From: Podarcis vaucheri
Lineage: Eukaryota
DNA length: 64,000 bases
Assembly (NCBI GenBank): GCA_965113315.1
Contig: OZ220372.1
Strand: one strand, 5' to 3'
Below are positions 50,441 through 63,105 of the stretch, piece by piece. The first letter of the stretch is position 1. Each line of letters begins with the position of its first letter. A program made the translations under genes and the position numbers. Below the pieces are notes generated by a model. That model was not told the DNA's origin. It searched no databases and saw nothing but the letters and a program-made list of their open reading frames with translations.

Positions 50441-51185
50441 CTAAAAGGAAGGAAAAGAGGAGAGTTACATGCCAGCACAAAGATGTGGGAGCAGCGGGAT
50501 GGGAATCTTCAGCAAGGCAAATTTTTTATTTTTAACAATATCTGCATACACCGCTTAACTGGAAGTAAAACTTCTAAGTGGTTTTCAAAAGGCATAAAAT
50601 ATACATTAGAATTATTGATAAAAGTTAAAGTTAGTTTTAAAAAACAAAATATATAAATAAAATCAGCTAGGCTAAAATGGCAGATTAAAATGTCTGTCAG
50701 TTTTTACATGTTTGGGTAAAGTTTCTGGCAGGTGCTGAAAAGAGTACAGTAAAGGCACCTGCCTGGTGTCAATAGGCAGTGAGTTCCAGAGTTTTGGTGG
50801 TGCCCCCCTGCAGAACAAGTGCAGAACTAATATTATGTGGCATCTGTAATAGTGCCAGTTAACTAGCTCATCCTCCTTGCCATTATGGCATTCCCTACCA
50901 CAGCCAATTCAGCAAAGTCCAGATTCTTTCAGAAGGTTGGAAGATCCACTCCTGGATGGGGAATCTTAGCCTCTCAAGATGCTTCTGGAAGACAGTTCCC
51001 ATCATTGCTCACCACTGGCCATGCTGGCTGGGGACGATGGGAGATGCAGCCCAACAACATATGGCGCCCCCTGAACCTCTGATCTACCTGTTTGGGGTGG
51101 CCTTTGGCGCTTGGGATTGAGCCTGCAAAGAGTGGCACTTGCCCCCTAGAAAGTGTGTGGCCATTCATCAACCACATGTACTTAC

Positions 51186-51276
51186 ATATAGATGAGTTCA
51201 GACTCCCGGCGCACCAGCATGTGCTTCTCGTGGATGAGCTTGAACCAGTCAACCAGCAGGCCATCTTCAGGAATAT
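51186..51276 (-). CDS. MICALL1: MICALL1 bMERB exon
   Basis: cagcag|(D)[29 protein letters not shown](I)|gtaagt. Confidence 0.96.
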
Positions 51277-51774
51277 CTGCTGGTCAAAGGGAGGAGGAAG
51301 GGAAAGAGCTCAGAAGGCCACACGGGTACGAAGCTACCTTATTGTCCTGGCCTATCTCGGATAAGGAAGATGCACGTCTGACAGTTAACTCTTTGTTGGC
51401 TAGAGAACCACTTACAGCAGCTTCCATTGTGCTCTGGATACACATACTCACACACTTCTAGCCTCTATGCAGCTGTCCATAGGTCTGGGCCCTACGGAGA
51501 AGTTGCAGCAACAGTGGGGCCCCCTCCTATCCTCCGGCTTATCTGACAGGCGGCATGCCCTCAATCTGAGACCTCCTGCACAGAAGTCGTCACTGCTCTT
51601 CCCTTTTCAAGCCCCTCCTGCTCCCAGGAGACAGTGGGACAGAGGAAGATGGGGAATCTACTGACCTGTCCCTCGCCTGAACCGTCTCTCCTTCTGCCTT
51701 GAATTGCCCTGGCTCCTGTCTCTCTGGGGTCACTACACTGTCCCCCTGCCTCTGCCACACACTCTTCAGAGCCT

Positions 51775-51925
51775 GACACCAATACTGAATTAGACCATTG
51801 GTTCATCTACCTTGGCAGTGGCTCTCCAGGGTTTCAGACCAGGGAACTTTCTCAGCCCTACGTAGAAATGCCAGGGACTGAACCCAGATCTTTGCCACGC
51901 ACAGCATGTGCTCTACCACTGAGAC
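51775..51925 (-). mobile_element. Squam3-like SINE
   Basis: ggcagtggctctccagggtttcagac...gccagggactgaaccc...tgctctaccactgag is the reverse complement of a tRNA-derived head plus body. Confidence 0.7.
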
Positions 51926-52546
51926 CTTCCCTGAGATCTGCCCACCACAGAGGCAAAGGGATGAGGCAGCTACAGCAGCTCTTACTGTGAGTCCACATTA
52001 GCTTCAGGGCACCTGAAACCTAGAAATACTATTTTTGAAGCAGAAACACAACCAGGACACGCACAAAGGCATTTCCTCAATCACCTCCATCTCCGGACAC
52101 AAATACCAAACATCCTGGAGGGTTGGCTTTTGTTTTTAAACCTGACCCGTCTTTTCCAAGTAGCCAACACTTAACCTCTTCCCTCCTTGCCTTTGCTCTG
52201 AACACAGAAACCCTTCTGCCTGAAAGTTCCCTAAGCAAGTATTACGTGGCATATATTTTAACAAACATGGATAATTCATATACATAGAATATTTTTTAAC
52301 ATTCACCCCATGAATATACACAGTGGGATAAGCAAAGATGGGCAGGTGGTGCCCAAGCCATGGAAAAGCAAACTTGGCTGCTTTCTATCAGGTGCGGGGG
52401 AACCTTTGGCCTTCCAGATGTTGCTGAACTACAACTCCCAGCAGCCCCAGCAAGCATGGCCAAAGATGACGCTCATATATCCTGCGAATATTCCTGCCTT
52501 CTGCCTCGCCCTGCGCAGCCTCACAGGCAGCGATCCACCACCCTAC

Positions 52547-52676
52547 CATTATTTTCCATGCTGCGAAGCTTCCTTTCCAGCTCAACCCCTCGATGCTCCA
52601 GCTCATCCAGCTGTTGCTCAATGCTGTCCATCTCGCCATAGATGTCCTCCACTGGAACATACTGGTCTGACTGAAC
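52547..52676 (-). CDS. MICALL1: MICALL1 exon, start of bMERB (Rab-binding) domain
   Basis: ttacag|[43 protein letters not shown](D)|gtaggg. Confidence 0.96.
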
Positions 52677-53479
52677 CTGTAAAAAGGCAAGGAACCAAGG
52701 ATCATGCTTCCTGTTTCTAACAAGGCAGGTGTGGCTTTCTAGAAGAGAACTACTGACTCCAGGGTGGGAGGAGGGAGATAAGAGTCATGGAGAATACATT
52801 TTTGAAAATATGTATCTGTGAATTAGGGCAAGATGTAGGGCAGAACCTGGCAGGGGTCTCCCACCCAAAATCCCTCCTAGCCTCCTTACCTAAAATTATC
52901 ACTACTGAATGTTTCAGATGGTTTCCTACACAATCATGAGGGACAGAAACTTGTTTTGGCCAACATTCTTAAGGAGACAAATTCTGGAGTCCACAGAATA
53001 AACATAAAGCACTGGTGAGGAACCTCCAGCCTGCAGGCCTAACTAAACATGCCCTGGCCCCTCTTTGACCTGTGCTTTCATTTCACCAAGCCTTGCCCCA
53101 GCACCTGCCCCACACCTGACCCCAGATAACTGTTCTTCTGCAAGCGAAGCTTGCCTTCAGCACCTTCAAAGCCAGGTTTCAGGCTCAGCATTTAGAATCT
53201 GCCCCAGCAGCTTTTGTTATGGTGTAGCTTTCAGAGGAAGCCACAACCACTGCATACAAATGCCTCACACCAGCCCTTAGCTCTCAATCACCTCACTAGA
53301 AAGTATGCAATCCCTCTTCACAGGGGTGGTATTCAATTAAGTTTTACTCAGAGTAGAACCCACTGAAGTTAACAAACACAACTGAGTTAGCTCAGTTAAT
53401 TTAAATACTCCTTTTGTGAGCGATTTGTGGGAATTTAAGTAGCATTGCAAATGAGGCAGAAGCCCCCAATCCTCGTTAC

Positions 53480-53614
53480 CTTCCGTTTAATTAGCGGGAA
53501 GCCATGTCCTGGAGCAGGAGGCCTTGCTGGCTTGGGTCCCTTTGGAGTCTTCTTAATGGAGGGGGATGTGACAGGCGACGGCTTCCGGTTGAAGGGATTC
53601 TCTTTGCAGGATGA
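53480..53614 (-). CDS. MICALL1: MICALL1 exon with second NPF motif
   Basis: ccccag|[45 protein letters not shown]|gtaacg. Confidence 0.96.
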
Positions 53615-54470
53615 CTGGGGACAAACACACCAAGCAGAATATCAAAATATACCTCTTGGGCTGCACCACAATGGGATCCTGAACCTGCCACTCCACCCTG
53701 GCACTTTTGAGGACCATATCTCTGGAGCAGGGACTCAGCTCTGGCACCGGGGGGGGGGGCGTAGTAGCCAGGCCTCTTTTGCAACAGACACAGGCCAGGG
53801 GCTCCTGATTCTGAGCAAGGGAAATGAGGCAGTGCACACGAGAAATCACAAATGCTGGGGACACTCCCGACACCCATGCTCAGCAACTGAGGGCAAGCCA
53901 GCCACAGTGAGACTGCCTTGCAGTCCAAGGGATCCTGGTGGAACAGGGAATTGCATGGTGGAGCAGTGAGTTTTATATTTCCCGGGGTAAAAGATGGAGG
54001 GGGGGGCTGACACGAAACCCTGCAGCACTCTGTGGCTGGGGAGTTTCGTGTCAGCCCCCTCCTCTGCAGCTCATGAGCCACAGGCAGCCTTCATTTCAAG
54101 CCCTCTGCATGTGATCAGTTTAGGCCTATGTTAATTGGAGGGGGAAGAGAATGGAGCAAAAAGCCAAAACTGATGGAGAGATAAAGCAGGGGTGGGGGAA
54201 TCAGAAGCCCCCCAATCAGCCCCCCCCCAGCACCATTAAACACAGCCCTAACAGACCTTTCCCTTGAGAACAGCCTTTGTTGTGCATGCCATATTTAAAG
54301 CAGCATTGTCAGAGGATCTGAAACCCTGTGCAGTACTTCATAACAGCAGCTTCTACCCAGAGTTAATTATTTGTAAGGCTGCGAAATAAGCAGTACATAA
54401 GATAACCAGCGGGTGGTGCTAGAGGCGAGAGTGGAGAGCAGGCCAAGAAGTTGTCATGTCTCTGGGAATA

Positions 54471-54686
54471 CAGTGGTGTCTTGGTTTACAACCATAACCT
54501 GTTCCGGAGGTCTGGTTGTAAACCAAAACAGGTTGTAACCCAAGGCGTGCTTTCGCCAATGGGGCCTCCCCCCCAAAATTGGTTGTAATAAAAAAAAAAA
54601 AGAGTTGTAATCCAAAATAGGAAAACACACACTTCCGGTTTTGACGTGGTTGTAATCCAAAACGGTGGCAAACCAAGGTACCACTG
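54471..54686. mobile_element. Tc1/mariner (Tigger-like) MITE
   Basis: TIRs CAGTGGTGTCTTGGTTT / AAACCAAGGTACCACTG; TA TSDs. Confidence 0.85.
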
Positions 54687-54902
54687 TACGAAGACAGTGA
54701 AGCCCTAACTCTGACTGGGACTTCCTGGCCAGATGCTTTGTTACACACACAAACATGCACATGCACACATAAAAACTTCTCCGTTCATTTCAGGGACCTT
54801 TCAAAGTAACAGAGCAAGGCAAAAGGTCATTGTTTTTCAAAAACCTGCAGGGACGAAGGATGGGTCTCACGACCAGAACCTAGGAAAGCGACTCCAACTT
54901 AC

Positions 54903-55390
54903 CTTTGGCTGTGCTTTGGGTGATGGAGAGCTCCTGGCAGCCGCACCACTCAGCTCCGAGGCCAAGAGGATAGGCGTGGGAATGGCCCCGGCCGAAGGCT
55001 TGGGGGAGGCTCCCCCAGGAGAGGTTTTCAAGTTCCCAGATGAGGAGGTTCGGGCAGTCTGTGAATGTCCCCCGTGTGCCTCGCTGCCATCGCCAGCCAA
55101 ATCGCTGGAGGACAAAAAGGAGGAGTTGGCCGAGCTGCCGGGCAGGGCCGTGGGACACTCCTCACCAGAGGAGGAGAGGCGGGGGAGCGGAGGGGCTGAG
55201 GAGGAGACGACGGAAGTGGCGGCTGGGACGTGGACTGCGGGCTCCGAGGAGCTCTTGGGCACGGAGGTCTCGTCCAAGTCGTCCGCGCCCTTGGCCAAAC
55301 ACTCGGATGCGATGCTCTCCAGGCTCAGGGCAGGCGAGGGGGTGGAGGAAGATGGCTCCGAGCGGGAGAGTCGGGAGATGGGGTGGTGAG
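54903..55390 (-). CDS. MICALL1: MICALL1 Ser/Pro-rich exon
   Basis: gttgcag|(A)HHPISRLSRSEPSSSTPSPALSLESIASE...VPKSSSEPAVH...SPKAQPK|gtaagt. Confidence 0.93.
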
Positions 55391-55999
55391 CTGCAACCAG
55401 GGGAAAGTACAGGTGAGACGAAAGTGGGGGAACTCAGGCCCAAGCATGGCTCTTTAGGCCTCTCTGCCCAGCCCTCTGAACCCTTCCCATGCCACACCTC
55501 CCACTGGCCTTGCTTTGGCCCTCAATTTGCCTGCATGGAATGTGTCCTTGAACTCCGATATTGCCTCTTGATTGTCCATTTGGAGGACAGAGAACGATGT
55601 GTGTGCGCAAAACCTAGCCTACTGGTCCAAAGGCAAAATTTACCTTTGCTGCCCCAGCCAATTTGCCCCCCCCCCCACAAAGCACCCAGGAGTGAAGGCA
55701 GCGATTGGGCAGAAAAAAAGTCATAGCATGACAGAACACCTTTTCCAGACAGGCCCATTCGAAAGATGGGGAACCTGAGCATCTCCCCTTCAACGTTGCT
55801 GGACTCCAACTCCCATCAGCCTCCACCAGCATGGCTAGTGGTCAGGGATGATGGGAGCTTGAGTCCAACAAAGCCCTGAGGGCACCCCAGCCACGGCAAG
55901 CATGGCAGGACCAGGCCTCAAACATCCAAGCCACGTCAGGGCAAGCCATGAGAGAGCTCATTCTTTTCCTTCCTGTCGGAAGGGAGGGTGGAGACTCAC

Positions 56000-56400
56000 C
56001 AAGAGGGGATGCGTTGGGGGCCCTGGGAGCTGGCCGCTTCTTGGTCTTGGGGCTGCTGGTGGGGGTGATGCCGTACCAGGGGTGAGACCCCTTGGAGGTG
56101 GGCTCGCCCTCACTCTGCTCTTGCTTTGGCGGGCTCTGCTGCGCGACGACTCCCTCCTCTTCCTCCTCCTCCTGCTCTTCCTCATCCTCCTCAAAGGGGT
56201 TATACGGCTTGGGCTCCTCCGGAGCGGGCCTGCCTTCCCTGCCTTGCGCTTTCCCTTCTCCGCCTTCATCCTCCTCCAAAACCCTCGAGGGGCTCTCCTT
56301 GCGACTACCTGGCGGGGGAGGCGGGGGAGGCTTCTTCTTGGGCTCTCCCTGGACCAATGCAATCCAGGGAGGGTCTTTGGGCCGCGGGCATTCCCCAGTT
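56000..56400 (-). CDS. MICALL1: MICALL1 exon with first NPF motif
   Basis: ctgccag|[17 protein letters not shown]...[16 protein letters not shown]...[28 protein letters not shown]|gtgagt. An NPF followed by acidic residues is the EHD-binding motif. Confidence 0.96.
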
Positions 56401-57532
56401 CTGGCAGGAGAAATTATATGGGGTAAGGAAGGATGAAAGGGGGAGAGTACAAAATGGAAAAGAGGCTCCTCCCAAGCAAGACGCTCGGTCTCTGAAGCCC
56501 AAGGCTGCACATATTCCGCAAGTGTGCCACACAAGACCACAAGCTGATACTGAACACAACATTCACTCCCCCCTGCAGAATCTTAATTTACTTCATAACC
56601 CTTTGCTTAAAAAAAAGAAAAAAGATAGACACATGTATATTTTGAAGGCTGAAAAGCAGAAAGCAGATTTTCTTGGTACTGAATCATGACTTTGGTTGTT
56701 ATGTTTAGAATATACACAGCCCTGTTATTTTTTTCTCCAGTCTTTCAGGCAGGAATACTGAGCAGCAGCTTTGCATTCTCAAGCTAAGGATAGTCTGATG
56801 CACTGAGAACAACCCTTTCCATCTGTGCTGGACTGGGAGACATCAAGTGACTCAGACATGACCCTGAGCCTTTCCATCTTCCCCTCTTTGTGGCTGAAAT
56901 TGCTAAGAGCTGCTTAAAGCATGATGAAGAGTCTTGTGACACATGGTCCAGGGAAAACTACCTGATTTCTTAGCTTTGCTAGTCCTTAAAGGTGCCACAA
57001 GACTCGTTGCAATAGACTAACATAGCTACCCTTTGGAAATCAAGACATGCTGTTCTTCCTACACAGGGTTCATCTGCATGATTTACTATCTTGTCAGCCT
57101 TCCCCAACTGGGAGCCCTCAATATGTTTTTTAACTCCACCTCCCATCAGCCCCAGACCGCAGAGGAAGTGTTCAGGGATGGTGGGAGTTGCAGGCCAACA
57201 ACATCTGGAAAGCACCAGATTGGAGAAGTGTGGTCTACACAGTTGTTTGTTAACTTGCATTTTGACAAGAGGTACACAGATTGAAGGGGGGCTGTTGCTG
57301 TCTGTATTGCTCTGCAAGGACCCAGGATTCTCTCTTCAATAGACAGTGGGGGGGGGGGAGTGTCACTACTTCAAAATAACAAGTTCTGAATGAGCCTCCA
57401 TCTCTCACTTAAAACCTCCAATGCATGCCCATCCTGCAGCTCAATTTGCATGAACAGGGAAAAAGGAAACTGGAGGGAAGGTTGACATTTATCTCGCTGT
57501 CTGAATGTGATTTGCAAGCGAAAGGGACATAC

Positions 57533-57596
57533 CGCTCGGAGGACGTGGGTCTGCCTCTGGGCTTCGGAACAGGAGGACAGGGCTCAGGAGGCCTAC
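57533..57596 (-). CDS. MICALL1: MICALL1 short proline-rich exon
   Basis: gattag|(G)RPPEPCPPVPKPRGRPTSSE(R)|gtatgt; phases match both neighbours. Confidence 0.88.
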
Positions 57597-57629
57597 CTAA
57601 TCCAGAAATGAAGAACACAAGAAAGGGTG

Positions 57630-58126
57630 CAACATTAGGGGCTTTTATGTTTAGGAGAGGGGGAAAGGCAAGTAAGGGAGAAAATGATAGATGTGTATAC
57701 AATTATGAACAGTTTGGAGAAAGTGGATAGAGAAAGGATTTTTCTCCCTCTCTCCCAACAGTTTTCAAGCACTACTGAATTTGTTGGAAAATTCAGGACA
57801 ACAGTTAATACTTCTTCGCATAGCACACAGTTAAATCTATGGGATTCATTCCCACAAGACGTAGGGATAGCCAGCAAAAATAGGTGCCTTAATGGAGGCT
57901 TAGACAAAGTCATGGCAGACTGCCATAATGGCTAATAGCTCTATGATTCCCCCTGTACTGTCAGAGGCAATCTGCTGCTGAATAACAGCTGCTGGGAACC
58001 ACAAGTGGGGAGACTGCTCTTGAGCTCTAGTCTTGCTCGCAGGCTTCCCATAGGCCTCTGGTTGGCAACTGTGAGAGCAGGATGCTGGACTGGATGGGCC
58101 TTTGGTCTGATCCAGCTCGGCTCTTC
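57630..58126 (+). mobile_element. CR1-clade LINE 3' fragment
   Basis: ORF 57684-57935 (MIDVYTIMNSLEKVDRE...LWDSFPQDV...GGLDKVM) matches the CR1 ORF2 C-terminus. It is followed by the typical 3' end gatgctggactggatgggcctttggtctgatccagc. Confidence 0.8.
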
Positions 58127-58918
58127 ACATACCCATGTGTCTCATCTCCTAGCAAGGACGTCCAAATCCATTACGCTGGGATAACTTGTCTTTATAGCCA
58201 GGGATGAAAGCTCCCAACATGCAGCTGCGCGGCATCTTGCGAAACCTCAGAAACTAGGAAAGTGGCCAATTAAATCATCTCTTGCCTTCTGGGAGCATGA
58301 CTGCACAGCCGCACAGCTCCTTTCCCTCCACTCTGGCTACGGCTCTCTGGTCTATGCCCAAGGCACACCCAGCCTTGAATCTCCTCGCCCTTCTTTCCAT
58401 CCACTCCACTGGTCCTTACCAGAAAATCGTGCTTGTGGAAGAAGAATGAAGCATCACACAAGGAGTGAATGCAGTTAATTCATGGGCACAGAATCCAGGT
58501 TATCTGTCCCATCAGAAGGGCATGTTTCACAGGACAAAAGGGCTTTCGCCAAGCTGCCCACTGCTACTGCTGAAATGTACCTCCAAAGGTTTTCTCGTAT
58601 AACCCCCTGTCAACTGTATTTATTTATGCAGAAAATTCTATACTGCCCCTCAACAAGGATGGCTGCACTGCAGTTTACAAAAAAGAGAAAGCAGGGACTC
58701 TGCTCCTGCAACATCACGGGTGGCCACCTACCAGAGATGTTGCAACAGCAGGTTTCCTGCCTCAGGAGTCTAACTAGATGGCCTTTGAGGTTCCTTCTGT
58801 GATTCTAAGATTCCAATCCACACAAGCTGCAAATGAGGGCTCCCATTTCAGTTTGGCTATTGCCATGGTGCTGCACATGGGTTTTTCACTGCTTCCCTCT
58901 GTGCACGCATTTCCTTAC

Positions 58919-59484
58919 CATTGGCCAGTCCAGCGCCAGGCTCACTGGATCCCTCGCTTTGCACATTGGCTCTGGGCTTCGGAACAGGCTGGGAGCTTGG
59001 CGGTGACAGGGCAGCTGCTGTGTCTGTGCTCTTCCTGGGGGCAGGCGTGGGCCGAGCCTCCTTGAGCTGCCCGTGTTGCAGGCTAGCCTTCTCTTGCATG
59101 AGCAGAGGTGGCTTTGCTGGCACAGGAGGTTTGGGGGGTGTTTGGGAGCAGGTTTCAGATCCGGGAGCAGGGGCGAGTGTTTCGTTCTTTGGCTGCGCAA
59201 GAGGCACCTCGCTTTCCACTCCATCAGCTACCCTCTCCCCCGTTTTGCCTATCTCTTCCGCGGCAGATGGGTGCTCCTCCAGTATTCCGTTCTCTTCCTC
59301 CGCACCAGTGCTCACTATCCCAGTCTCTCCGCTTTCCCCCACGTGCTGAAGATCTGGGCTTGGTCTGCGCTCCATCCTCCCGCTCAGGCCCAACTTGCCA
59401 CGATGCTGGGTGCACACAAACGTGCCCAGTTCAGGTCCAGGCTTGTAAGAACCGGGGAGGAGAGTGCTGGAGCATTCCTTACAC
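58919..59484 (-). CDS. MICALL1: MICALL1 exon, second half of LIM domain and proline-rich region
   Basis: tggcag|CKECSSTLLPGSYKPGPELGTFVCTQH...PVPKPR...AGLAN(G)|gtaagg. Confidence 0.95.
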
Positions 59485-60579
59485 CTGCCAGAGACACAAG
59501 CAAAGCCTGTCACCAAACAGTGGAGATAGGCAAGAATTGCGGAGTTGTGATCACAGGCACCCTTAGAAGAACAAACTTCCCTTTATAGCTTCGCCAAAGA
59601 TGCCTTGTGACACTCTAGGCTAAGTCACTTAGCTTCTCTGTTTCTTGAGTCCCCATTTGTCCACATAGAAATTACAACTGATTTGCACTTCTAACTCAGG
59701 CTATAGGTTTTCAGAGCAGAGGCTGGTGCCGTCTCTCTCACATGACTTAAACTCAAAAGCAGTTTTGCTCTCTGGGGCTGGATCTGTCTTCCCTTTTTGT
59801 GTGGGCAAATATGACACCATAAAGTTAATCAAGTACATTTTATTCCTCAGAGAAAAGACATATTAAGTAAAACAATCAAAGCTGGTTTGGAAAATGTGCC
59901 TCTTTCCTGAGAAACAGACGTGCCCCTCACTTTTTCTACACTACAGTCGTACGCCAATAACACAGAAAGCAGGTCAGAACTGGGAATGACAGCGAGACTT
60001 ATGAGCCTCATGGATTTAGTAGCAGAACATCACAGTAGTGTTCTATATTCCCACAGTTGCTCATGTTTTTGAAAAAAATTGATATGCCCTCATCATTTAA
60101 CCTACAGTAGTGATGTGAAAAAGCCTTGAAGCCCCATCTGTTTCAGCTTTCTTTTTTCTTTTTAGGCTGTTGGGTTTTAGAGGACTGGGTTTTAATCTTC
60201 AGTTTATCTGGACATTCTGGCTATTTTTATGCTGGGCTGTACATTGTTTAAAAGTCTGACTACTTTGTAGCTACTATTCACTGGCTGCTGTTGCAATCTG
60301 TGTTTTACCTGATGTCATATTTTTGGAATCATCTCTTAGAGAGGACCTTGAGCTGTATCCAGTGAGGCAGCTCCACTACTACAACAGACTTTTGTGTGTG
60401 CAATGTCCTCTCCAGCACCCCTTCGTACCATCAAAATCAGCCCTGGAGGTTTGGGGGGACCCTCAGGAGCAGATTCTGGGCGTTGTGGGGAGAAGGACAT
60501 GAAACAGAAGTCCTCCTATTGTACTGAAATGCAGCCTTAAAAAGAAAGCTTTTAATTTAAATACTAATTAAAGGAGGAC

Positions 60580-60653
60580 GTATCTGAAGAAGTGTGCATC
60601 CACACAAAAGCTTATACCAAGAACAAACTTAGTTGGTCTCTAAGGTGCTACTG
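60580..60653 (+). mobile_element. Penelope-derived short element with a degenerate minimal hammerhead ribozyme
   Basis: GTAT-CTGAAGA-A-GTGTG-CATC-CACAC-AAAA-GCTT-ATAC followed by caagaacaaacttagttggtctctaaggtgcta. Confidence 0.7.
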
Positions 60654-60656
60654 AAC

Positions 60657-60662
60657 TATCTT

Positions 60663-60710
<48 letters not shown>
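60657..60710. repeat. (TATC)n microsatellite
   Basis: About 12 TATC units directly after the Penelope remnant. Confidence 0.95.
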
Positions 60711-61038
60711 AACGAGGACAATATCCTATAAAGACAAATAGAGGACAACCACCAGCCAAGTAAAGCCCCTTCTGCCTGATTCTCAGAACAGCAGCAATTA
60801 TGGGACCCACTCAAGTACAGAAGTTTTAGGCTGCTGCTTATTTCTCTCTTTTCATAATGAAGTTACTGACCTCATGGTAGCTGGCAAAAATATGCAGGTA
60901 GTGTGTTCTCACAACTCAGAAAACAGAGATGATCTCCGTGGGCTTGGCATAATTAGAAGGCCATGCCTGGCAAAGAAGGATAAGGCTACAGGAGAGCAGG
61001 TGGCTCCACTTGGTCTTCAGTGAGGAGGAAGAGCTTAC

Positions 61039-61175
61039 CTGAAGCACTGGCGGTGGTACAGCTTGCCATCAGCCAGGTAGCGCTGGACCAAGTGGACGTG
61101 TTGTTGGCAAGCTGCGCAAGTGCTGCTCAGGGTGGTTCGCTGGGACTGCTCCGCCAGGCCTGCAGCATCCTCATC
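61039..61175 (-). CDS. MICALL1: MICALL1 exon, first half of LIM domain
   Basis: gacag|[45 protein letters not shown](R)|gtaag. Confidence 0.96.
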
Positions 61176-63004
61176 CTGTCGCAACAGAAAGGTGGCGTAA
61201 GAATATCTCCACAAACAAAGAGATTCAGACATTCTTGGGACTGGCCTCACAGCAGAGCCTCAAACCTGAAGAAAGATCTATTCAGGTACTAGGGTTGCTT
61301 ACCAACTTAGGGCTCCACTGTGCTGCAAATTCCTGCCCCACCCAGTTCAAAGTATTAAGAAGTGACTTATCCAACATCTGCAGCCCAGATCTCAGCAAGA
61401 TGCTCTGGCTCTCAGCCAGTCTTGGAATGAATGGAGCATGATGCTCTTTCGAATGATGACTGCCAAGGAGGAAGAGGGGAATCTTCCAATACCAGTTCAA
61501 TAATGTAAAATTCTCAACAGCTCATGGGAACTACTAAATCTCTCAACAAGACCCTTGAAAGAGGCACATATATAGCTTCCAGGTTACAATATTCTTTTCA
61601 GAATAGAAGCCATATCTTGACCTCCCTTCTTCTTCAGAAATCCAGTTGTTACCTCCAATTGGTTTGCATTATCTGGCTTATTCTCAATTTGCAGGTAACT
61701 GGTTTGTTTTCAGTAATCAGGAGTGGCCAAGCAGAGGTGTACATGCCACATCCACACACACATTAAAGCAATTTTCTATGGACTCTGATATTACAACCCC
61801 CCCCCCCGCAACCCTTCTGATTAAGTTATGGTAAAAGGTCTGTCTACATTTTCACTTGTAAACATGAAAGTTTCTGAGTTTCAGCAGAGAGGCATGCTAT
61901 ACTCTCTTTTGGATTTTTTATGTATTGTTAAGCCTGAGCAAATGTGCTGCATGACTTTGCAGGATCCCTAATTCACTGTCGCCTCCTTCTTTGCGTGCAT
62001 GTTTCCATTCCCCGGATGATTGCAGGCTTCTGTGTTATTGTTTGACATGATCATGTGGAACTGTTGGCAGTAGAAAGTGTTATACTGAGAAGTCATGGAA
62101 GAAGCCAGTACTTTGTCTTCATGCATTATTGCTGACTGGAGAAAGACAGGTGTTTATCATACAACAACCCTGTCCAGAGGCAAGCTCTGTTTCACGGTCT
62201 CTGTGTGCAACTGAATCCTAGTTTGAAATGTGCATGACAATGTTTAACAGGTTTGCTATTTGCCCTGGGCAAAAATGTTGACCCCTGTCACAGGAAAAAA
62301 GGTTGTTTACAATAGAATTGTTTTTATCCCAAGGTGAAACAAGATATGTAGGGCTGATATCCTGTAAACACAGCAACCACTGATGTGTGTTAAGGGATAG
62401 TTATTTCAAGATACTCAATTATGTTAAACAAACAAAAAAAGGCCCTCGGATATCAGGAATAACAGCAACTCTCTACACCAAACGTGCACAATTTACAACT
62501 CAGGTATTGTGGCATTCATGGTGCTCAAACACCCCTTTTTTGCAATCCCTGGCAGGTAGCATAAACATAAGGTTTAGCAAACCCTTACAAGAGAACCTCT
62601 AACCCTATAGATATTATTGGACTACAACTCCCACTCTCCCAGATCACTGGCCATGCTGCTGGGGCTGATGGGAGTTGGAAGACTAACAATACCTAAAGGG
62701 CCACCCCTGCCTTTGTGGGCTGTTATTAGTGGCACAACGGCTGCATTGAACTTTGTGATTAACACCTGCTCTATACACTGCATCCCCCTTCCTGAAATAT
62801 ACATATCTCTGTGTCAAGTGCAGAAACAATATAAACCCTGCCACAGTAACCACAAAAGGAGAACCGTAAATTCTTCAAAGCTGAAGAGGACAGAATGATC
62901 AGCCATACTTTTTGAATCTATTGCTTTTGGAAAGAATCAATTCAGAAACTGGAACCTGAAGCAGGTTAGAGACATCTGACCGATCAGAGGAGCAGGCTCA
63001 GTAC

Positions 63005-63105
63005 CTTGGGGGCTGATGTGGTCTCGGAGGCAGGCACAGGTTTGTGTGCTGGCAGAGTAGGTGAGGAGGCAACTGCAGGGTGCTTCATAGGCGGGAGGAC
63101 TCTGG
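63005..63105 (-). CDS. MICALL1: MICALL1 exon (CH-LIM linker; probably exon 4)
   Basis: ctttgcag|..RVLPPMKHPAVASSPTLPAHKPVPASETTSAPK|gtactg; its phase fits the next exon. The CH-domain exons lie beyond the window. Confidence 0.8.

Noticed and set aside
54733-56689. Long plus-strand ORFs (218, 228, 174, 187 aa)
   Set aside because: Antisense shadows of GC-rich MICALL1 exons; no independent start or splice evidence.
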